Origin: Candidatus Thorarchaeota archaeon
GTDB taxonomy: Archaea > Asgardarchaeota > Thorarchaeia > Thorarchaeales > Thorarchaeaceae
DNA length: 64,000 nt
NCBI GenBank assembly: GCA_016933575.1
Contig: JAFGAR010000028.1
Coordinates: 128,001-192,000, forward strand
Direction: 5' to 3'
Below the pieces are notes generated by a model. It was not told the DNA's origin, searched no databases, and was given only the letters and a program-made list of their open reading frames with translations. Below, one piece after another: positions 57,891 through 64,000 of this stretch (its first letter is position 1; each line of letters starts with the position of its first letter). Position numbers and translations under genes: made by a program.

Positions 57891-58718
57891 TCATAATTCA
57901 GAATGTCTTTCATCTGAATCGAGTTCTTTTAATTTTTGGAGAATTGTGTTCTTCAATCCTCGAATCTTTTGAATAGCAGGAGTGTTTTCATCGAGGTCTA
58001 TTGGAGCAGTTGCAAGACGATCTGCCGTTCGGATGTTTTCATCATATGGAATAATGCCTAAAAGAGGAATATTGTGTGATTCGAGTATACTCTCTATGAA
58101 GTGCTCATCCTCTGTATTCATGACCTTATTCCCTATTGCGAAGACTCTGTTGAGTCCAATATCTGCTGCTAAGCCTCTAATTCTATCGATGGTATCAAGG
58201 GACCTTCTTCCGGGCTCCACTACAGCTAGGAGTATGTCCATGCCCTTTGTTGTACCGCGTCCAAGATTCTCAATCCCAGCATCCATGTCCATGATGAAAG
58301 CTTCATCACTCTCAAGACTCAAATGGCCAATGAGAGCTTTTAGCAATGCTGCTGAGGGGCACATACAACCTTGTCCCCCCATGTTGACGGTGCCAGCAAC
58401 AAGTAAGCTCACATTATCAGGACCTTCAACAGCATGAAGGGCTGTTAGGTCGTCAACACTTGGGCGAACTTGAAAGAAATTTCCCAGAACCTCAACCCAT
58501 TTCATATCAGTTTTTGCACGAACTAGTTCCTCATTCTCCAAAAGCGGTTCGATACCACTAGCCACATCTTCGTCAATTCCAATTGCTGACCATAGATTGT
58601 AATTTGGGTCAGCATCTATTGCTAGTATCCTAAAACCATCCCGACCAAGTAGCCGGGCGAGGGTTCCAGTAATTGTGGTCTTGCCAACGCCGCCTTTGCC
58701 AGTGACTGCAATCTTCAT
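57891..58718 (-). CDS. cooC: CO dehydrogenase/acetyl-CoA synthase nickel-insertion ATPase (CooC/AcsF)
   Basis: Deviant Walker A GKGGVGKT, 'IDADP', Ni motif 'GCMCP', 'DMDAGIE.LGRG', 'GNKV'. Confidence 0.88.
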   Translation of the reverse strand: MKIAVTGKGGVGKTTITGTLARLLGRDGFRILAIDADPNYNLWSAIGIDEDVASGIEPLLENEELVRAKTDMKWVEVLGNFFQVRPSVDDLTALHAVEGPDNVSLLVAGTVNMGGQGCMCPSAALLKALIGHLSLESDEAFIMDMDAGIENLGRGTTKGMDILLAVVEPGRRSLDTIDRIRGLAADIGLNRVFAIGNKVMNTEDEHFIESILESHNIPLLGIIPYDENIRTADRLATAPIDLDENTPAIQKIRGLKNTILQKLKELDSDERHSEL

Positions 58719-58791
58719 CAGTTAGAAGTAAGTTCATCATCAATAAGAGACTGTTGGTCTGAAATCTTCAGTTAATGAGATTCTGTCAAAT

Positions 58792-59382
58792 CTACTGCAG
58801 AAGGATTAGACTCACATACAAAATTACGATGGGGACTAGGAAACATACTAGTGCCTCAATAACTCTCGATTTGTTTTTTACAAATGGAATCAAGAAACCT
58901 ACCCTATCGCGATAGGTATCCCATTCAGATTCATACAATTTCTTCAGATAGTTTTCTTCGATCCATGCGATTCCGACATATGCACCTAGCATCGCTATCC
59001 AGAGTAACATTGTTTCCCAATCACTCAACCAACCTATACCCAAGGTATGATGTAAAATCCAAACACTCTGATAAGTTAGAATGGCTGTAAATATTGTCAC
59101 ACTGAAATATTGAGGGTGGCGTACAAATCTATAAGGTCCGGTAGTGACAAGTCCTGTCTGTTTCTTACGACGCCAGAGATATAGAACACAGTATAACAGG
59201 AGTAGTAGTGGCCCAAATATTGCTACTAGATTATAGATATCACTGGGATATACTGTTGATTGCAAATTACCAATCAGTCCGATCAGATATAGTAGAAATG
59301 GCAGAGTCATGATTCCACCCCAGAACGGAGGGATTGAAGAAGCAAGAGGAAGTAAATAGCTTGTCGCACTAAGTATACCCAT
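58792..59382 (-). CDS. Isoprenylcysteine carboxyl methyltransferase / PEMT-family membrane methyltransferase
   Basis: 'LVTTGPYRFVRHPQY' and 'EE..L...Y...W..Y...V..LIP'. Confidence 0.8.
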   Translation of the reverse strand: MGILSATSYLLPLASSIPPFWGGIMTLPFLLYLIGLIGNLQSTVYPSDIYNLVAIFGPLLLLLYCVLYLWRRKKQTGLVTTGPYRFVRHPQYFSVTIFTAILTYQSVWILHHTLGIGWLSDWETMLLWIAMLGAYVGIAWIEENYLKKLYESEWDTYRDRVGFLIPFVKNKSRVIEALVCFLVPIVILYVSLILLQ

Positions 59383-59606
59383 TTTTACTGTTCACTCTTA
59401 TCACCACTTCGTAGTTCTGGATCATTTACGTCACTCATATTCTTCGCCAGTCGAGCTGTAATCTGGGATTAGATAAATAATAGTATCTGCGTAGTTGGCA
59501 GGATATACATCATTAGTTACAAAACCAAATGAGTACTCCATATGTTTCAACCAGAAGTCCATAACAATAGTTAATAGCATCTACTACTATATTCCTTAGA
59601 ACAGAT

Positions 59607-61712
59607 ATGAAACAGACTGAGAAAGAAAGAAGAACTAATAGGCTTGCCTTGGAGAAGAGTCCTTACTTACTTCAGCATGCGACCAATCCTGTTGATTGGT
59701 ATCCTTGGAATGATGAAGCTTTTGAGAGAGCAAAAAAGGAGAATAAACCAATCTTTCTTTCTATTGGATACAGTACATGCCATTGGTGTCACGTAATGGC
59801 TCACGAGTCCTTCGAAGACGACGAAGTGGCGGGTATTATGAATGACACCTTTGTTAATATCAAAGTGGACCGTGAGGAGAGACCAGATATCGACGGAGTG
59901 TACATGCAAGTTGCCCAGATGACTACAGGCCGAGGCGGATGGCCACTCACCATTATCATGACGCCGGACAAGAAACCATTCTTTGCGGGTACGTACATTC
60001 CAAAAAAAACAAGGTACGATACAATTGGTATGCTTGATCTTATACCACGAATTTCTCAGTTATGGGGTCAGGATCAAGAAAATATTAGCGAAGTGACGAA
60101 GAGGATCGAAACAGCCCTAGCTGGAACAACTGCGAGTGAAGCAGGAACTGATCTTAAAGAAGATGCAATTCAAGAGGCTTTCAGTCAGTTTTCACAGAGA
60201 TACGATGAGAAAAATGGCGGATTTGGAACTGCACCAAAATTTCCCTCACCTCATAATCTAATGTTTCTACTCAGATACTGGAAAAGGTCAGATGATGCGT
60301 GGGCACTGAAGATGGTGGAACATACTCTGATTGAGATGCGTAAAGGCGGAATCTTTGACCATGTTGGTTTTGGTTTTCATAGATATTCCACAGATGCTAA
60401 TTGGATGCTTCCTCACTTTGAGAAGATGCTCTATGACCAGGCTAGTTTGATGGCAATTTATGCTGAAGTATATCAAATCACAAAAAATCCCCTTTTCAAA
60501 CAGGTTGTACTTGAGATCTATGAGTATCTAACACGAGACCTGATGCATAAAGATGGTGTGTTTTATTCTGCTGTAGATGCTGACAGTGAGGGAGTAGAAG
60601 GCAAATTCTATGTCTGGACTCAACAGGAACTCAAAGAAATTTTAGAGCCTAACGAGTATGAATTGGCAATAAATCTGTTCAATATAAAGGAAGAAGGCAA
60701 TTTCAGAGATGAAGCTACTGGTGAGGAAACTAGACAGAATATCCCATACCTCAGAACGGATGTTCAAGACCTAGTAAAAGCGATGAAGATTAATCCTGAA
60801 GAGGCAAGAGAAAGGGTAGAGATAGTTAGACAAAAAATGTTCAAGAAACGCGAAACGAGGATTCACCCGCACACAGATGAAAAGATACTTGCTGATTGGA
60901 ATGGTTATATGATCTCCTCGCTTGCGAAAGCAGGCGCAATCCTGAACAATCAGAAGCTTGTTGAGACCGCAGAAAAAGCTATGAACTTTGTTTTGGAGAA
61001 TCTAAGAGATGACAGGGGAAATCTCTTTCATAGATATCGCGAAGGAGAGACCGCTCATAGAGCCTTTCTTGATGATTATGCATATTTGGTCATGGGACTT
61101 ATTGACCTCTATGAGGCTACATTCAAGCCATTATATCTCAAACTCGCCAAAACACTAAATCAGGACATGTTAGACCATTTCTGGGATGAAAAGGAAGGTG
61201 GACTCTTCTTCACAGGCACATATTCAGAAGAGTTGATTGTGCGAAGAAAAGATGCATATGACGGAGCAATACCATCTGGGAACTCAATTGCAATGTCTAA
61301 TCTCATTCGACTTGCAAGACTCCTTGGAGATAGTGAATTAGAAGACAGAGCAATTGAAATCAGTAGAGTCTTTTCAAATGATATCAATAGAATGCATTCA
61401 GCTTACTCGATGATGTTGCTTGCCCTTGATTTCATGATTGGACCATCATTCGAGATAGTAATTGCAGGAAAACCAGAGAATAAGGACACACAGAATATGA
61501 TAGATGCGATTCGTGACAGATTTATCCCAAGAAAAGTCATTCTTCTAAGAGGAACTCCAGAGCTATCAAAATCGATAACACAGCTTGCCCCATTCAGTAA
61601 ATATCACGAACCAATCCAAGGCAAAGCAACTGCTCATGTGTGTGTAGATCATAACTGTAGATTGCCTACAACAGATGTTCAGCAGATGCTAGTGCTACTT
61701 GGTGAAGAATAG
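59607..61712 (+). CDS. YyaL/SSP411-like thioredoxin-domain + six-hairpin barrel protein
   Basis: '[18 protein letters not shown]', 'CHWCHVM..ESF', 'KVDREERPD', 'PHFEKMLYD'. Confidence 0.92.
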   Translation: MKQTEKERRTNRLALEKSPYLLQHATNPVDWYPWNDEAFERAKKENKPIFLSIGYSTCHWCHVMAHESFEDDEVAGIMNDTFVNIKVDREERPDIDGVYMQVAQMTTGRGGWPLTIIMTPDKKPFFAGTYIPKKTRYDTIGMLDLIPRISQLWGQDQENISEVTKRIETALAGTTASEAGTDLKEDAIQEAFSQFSQRYDEKNGGFGTAPKFPSPHNLMFLLRYWKRSDDAWALKMVEHTLIEMRKGGIFDHVGFGFHRYSTDANWMLPHFEKMLYDQASLMAIYAEVYQITKNPLFKQVVLEIYEYLTRDLMHKDGVFYSAVDADSEGVEGKFYVWTQQELKEILEPNEYELAINLFNIKEEGNFRDEATGEETRQNIPYLRTDVQDLVKAMKINPEEARERVEIVRQKMFKKRETRIHPHTDEKILADWNGYMISSLAKAGAILNNQKLVETAEKAMNFVLENLRDDRGNLFHRYREGETAHRAFLDDYAYLVMGLIDLYEATFKPLYLKLAKTLNQDMLDHFWDEKEGGLFFTGTYSEELIVRRKDAYDGAIPSGNSIAMSNLIRLARLLGDSELEDRAIEISRVFSNDINRMHSAYSMMLLALDFMIGPSFEIVIAGKPENKDTQNMIDAIRDRFIPRKVILLRGTPELSKSITQLAPFSKYHEPIQGKATAHVCVDHNCRLPTTDVQQMLVLLGEE

Positions 61713-61722
61713 TCACAGGATT

Positions 61723-63204
61723 TTATTGAGATGGCTTTTTCCGAGTCCACCAGATCAGGACAACAACTGCAACAACAATTGCTCCTCCTGCAAAGGCAAT
61801 CACAGGACCATACAATGTAAGAAAATTGTTTGGCCAGATTTTTTCCAATGCCAATCCAGCATCTCTCCAAGAGTCCGCGATTCCAAGAAGATTTGCACAG
61901 ATGTCGTTCAGATCGTCACTATAGGGTGCAAAGGCTGCGTCAATGTTTCCGGTCGCATTGTATGACTCTGCGATAGCTTTGAATGTTGTCGCAACATATC
62001 CTGTTATCTGAGTAAAGTTTGTAGGATATATGAGAGTTGAATTATCTACGATTTCTTCAAAGTATGGAAGAGCTCGGTCTCCAGCTTCTATGAATTCAGA
62101 TAGGTTCGTATCAGTCATTAGAGTAGGAAGACTAGCTAATGCAGCTCTATAGGATAGATATTGCAGAGTTACTTGAGCTTCAAGCCCTAGTCCAATGAAA
62201 AGAATAGCGGCAGATTTGAACTGAACTTCGTCCTGAATGCCATCAAAGACATTCAAGTATGATTTGATTCCAGCTTCATCCATATCCTCACTCATTGTTC
62301 GAAATGCCATTTCTCCAAATTTCCCATAATATGCATTTGCACTATTTGGGGAGTAGATGGTTCCAACACCCAGAAGCTTGTCACGTATCAGAGGACCTAA
62401 TGAATCGTCAACAGAGGCAAGCGCTGGACCAGATGGCAAGAATGTATTGGAGATGTAGTACCGATTCGACCATGCATTGTTTAATGCGGTGTAGGTGATT
62501 TTTGTGTAGTTACCACGCCCATCAATAGGGTAACCAAAGTCATCACCAAAAGACCCAACGCCGGGGTCAATAATTGTCGCAGTACCTTCAGTATCATTGT
62601 ATCCCACAATGAGTATTCCATGACCACCACCACTGAGGTCTGCCTCTCTGAGGATATCATAATCTGATGCAGGAAGCCATGTTGGATCGACGCTGACCAA
62701 GAGAGGATAACCTGAATCAATAGTTGTCCGCATTAGATCAAAAGCATCATCTTCACCATGGATTATGCCTACTGTTAGTCCTTCACTCTCCCAGACTTGG
62801 ATATTCTGCTCGACATAAGGAACAGTATCTCCAAGGTAAATTGTATAGTTGACACCATAGAGATCTGCTAGGAATTTTGTTGGTTCAGCTTGAGTATAGA
62901 GAGCACCGGGGAACATTAGGAGTGTGTCATTGATTTGAAAATATGCGAAGGAGAAACCTACTGTTGTTGCTGCGAGTACATCATGCAAATCCAATTGGAC
63001 TCCCGCATATTGCATAGCCATAGCTGTCGCGGCCCAGGCACAAAGACCGTTAATCTCTTGCCACACATAAGATGTCGCTGGCAATAATCCTTCATCAGAT
63101 TGGACAAATGTTGTGGAGGATTGTTCGTTTGATGAGATTCCAGCAATTTGGGGTGTGATCAAGATAAGAGCTGTTAACATAACAAGTAGGGCCAATTTTC
63201 TCAT
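61723..63204 (-). CDS. Secreted, C-terminally anchored papain-fold (C39-like/BtrH-N) cysteine peptidase
   Basis: Signal peptide; Q-x5-C 'QEINGLCAWAA', 'GHGILIVGY', 'IIDP'; C-terminal TM + RKK. Confidence 0.7.
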   Translation of the reverse strand: MRKLALLVMLTALILITPQIAGISSNEQSSTTFVQSDEGLLPATSYVWQEINGLCAWAATAMAMQYAGVQLDLHDVLAATTVGFSFAYFQINDTLLMFPGALYTQAEPTKFLADLYGVNYTIYLGDTVPYVEQNIQVWESEGLTVGIIHGEDDAFDLMRTTIDSGYPLLVSVDPTWLPASDYDILREADLSGGGHGILIVGYNDTEGTATIIDPGVGSFGDDFGYPIDGRGNYTKITYTALNNAWSNRYYISNTFLPSGPALASVDDSLGPLIRDKLLGVGTIYSPNSANAYYGKFGEMAFRTMSEDMDEAGIKSYLNVFDGIQDEVQFKSAAILFIGLGLEAQVTLQYLSYRAALASLPTLMTDTNLSEFIEAGDRALPYFEEIVDNSTLIYPTNFTQITGYVATTFKAIAESYNATGNIDAAFAPYSDDLNDICANLLGIADSWRDAGLALEKIWPNNFLTLYGPVIAFAGGAIVVAVVVLIWWTRKKPSQ

Positions 63205-63350
63205 GAGCGATTCTCCATATTTATCTCAAGTTAGAGATATCATAAGCTTGTCGATAGTATACCCTTTGTCCGATTAGTGTGAAATCCAGACTGACAACAA
63301 TTATTTCTCCCTTTGTAAATCAATTAATTATTCTGGAGGAACAATCTCAA

Positions 63351-63767
63351 GTGAAGCCTAACAATATCCTTGTGGCTGCATTTCTACTAGTCATCATCGG
63401 GGTAGCACTTGCCGCTGTATATTTTGACGACTTTCAGGGAGTTGTCCCGGGTAGTATAGATACGAACGCTACATTTTCAGGCAATATACAATATGAGGGT
63501 GAAACAAGATGTCACTCTATCCGAGTCCAAGAAAATGCTACGAGAATTCATTGTATCTTGACTTGTGGTGGAAGTGATTTTGATCTTTACGGTAGACTAA
63601 GTGTGACTCCTACAACCTTTGAGTATGATTTTCGGGGTTATGAGAGCGGCGGGGAGGATCTCTATTATGATGAACCAGCAGAGGGCATCTGGCACCTTAT
63701 GGTCAGGTCATATTCCGGAATTGGTCATTACGACTTGATGATAGAAATCGAATATAGCTCATTATAG
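63351..63767 (+). CDS. Membrane-anchored stand-alone pre-peptidase C-terminal (PPC) domain protein
   Basis: N-terminal TM; 'DFDLY.R....PT...YD...', 'P.EG.WH.MV.SYSG.G.Y.L'; GTG 63351 after GGAGG. Confidence 0.7.
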   Translation: MKPNNILVAAFLLVIIGVALAAVYFDDFQGVVPGSIDTNATFSGNIQYEGETRCHSIRVQENATRIHCILTCGGSDFDLYGRLSVTPTTFEYDFRGYESGGEDLYYDEPAEGIWHLMVRSYSGIGHYDLMIEIEYSSL

Positions 63768-63840
63768 AACAATTCGTTCACGAAAGGCAAACTTTATGCA
63801 ATGTTCAGAAGTTGTGCTGTTACCAAGGAGTAAGAGTTTC

Positions 63841-64000
63841 TTGAATTATCACCTCATATTGACAAGAAGATGTAACCTGAACTGTGCCTATTGTCATGGA
63901 GGAGAAGAGACAGGTCCAGATACCGAGATTAGTTATTCTCTTGATGAACTCATTGCCTTTCTGAAGAAGGATCAAGATATCCAATTGATGCTTTATGGAG
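63841..64000 (+). CDS. Radical SAM protein (AF0577/TIGR04084-like), N-terminal fragment
   Basis: Manual translation from TTG 63841: MNYHLILTRRCNLNCAYCHGGEE...LMLYG, running off the window; CxxxCxxC motif, AAGGAG RBS. Absent from the ORF track. Confidence 0.75.
   Translation, partial: MNYHLILTRRCNLNCAYCHGGEETGPDTEISYSLDELIAFLKKDQDIQLMLYG

Noticed and set aside
57891-58718. ParA/MinD partner for the tubulin-like system
   Set aside because: The GCMCP and DAGIE motifs identify CooC/AcsF, and it is 25 kb away.

Overview
Gene-dense archaeal chromosomal segment, with no rRNA, tRNA, CRISPR array or recognisable mobile element. Archaeal markers are TBP, ATP-dependent DNA ligase, type II IPP isomerase, PurP and GGTGA/GGAGG ribosome-binding sites. 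The mix of WD40/helical, TPR, Ig-like and beta-helix surface proteins suggests an Asgard archaeon, probably Thorarchaeota-like (inference only). Housekeeping content includes asnS, tbp, a sirtuin, carbamate kinase, ADP-forming acyl-CoA synthetase alpha, fni, lig, cooC and a 12-kb de novo purine cluster (purN-purF-purP-purP-like-purC/S fusion-purQ-purL-purE/M fusion-purD-guaA). Two loci stand out. (1) At 26.8-34.0 kb a divergent tubulin/FtsZ/CetZ-superfamily GTPase is sandwiched in a tight operon between a ~900-aa helical-repeat/coiled-coil protein and a 356-aa helical protein, head-to-head with a WD40 propeller + MIT-like/coiled-coil protein: a candidate undescribed cytoskeletal or membrane-remodelling module. 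(2) At 5.9-8.1 kb an arsenic-methylation locus has a Cys-rich PadR-type regulator (not ArsR) divergent from an unannotated 47-aa three-Cys peptide, arsM and a two-domain aspartyl protease, with three copies of a palindromic operator (TATTGGA-CA-TCCAATA) bracketing the shared TATA box. All family calls come from motif recognition by eye; no database searches were run.
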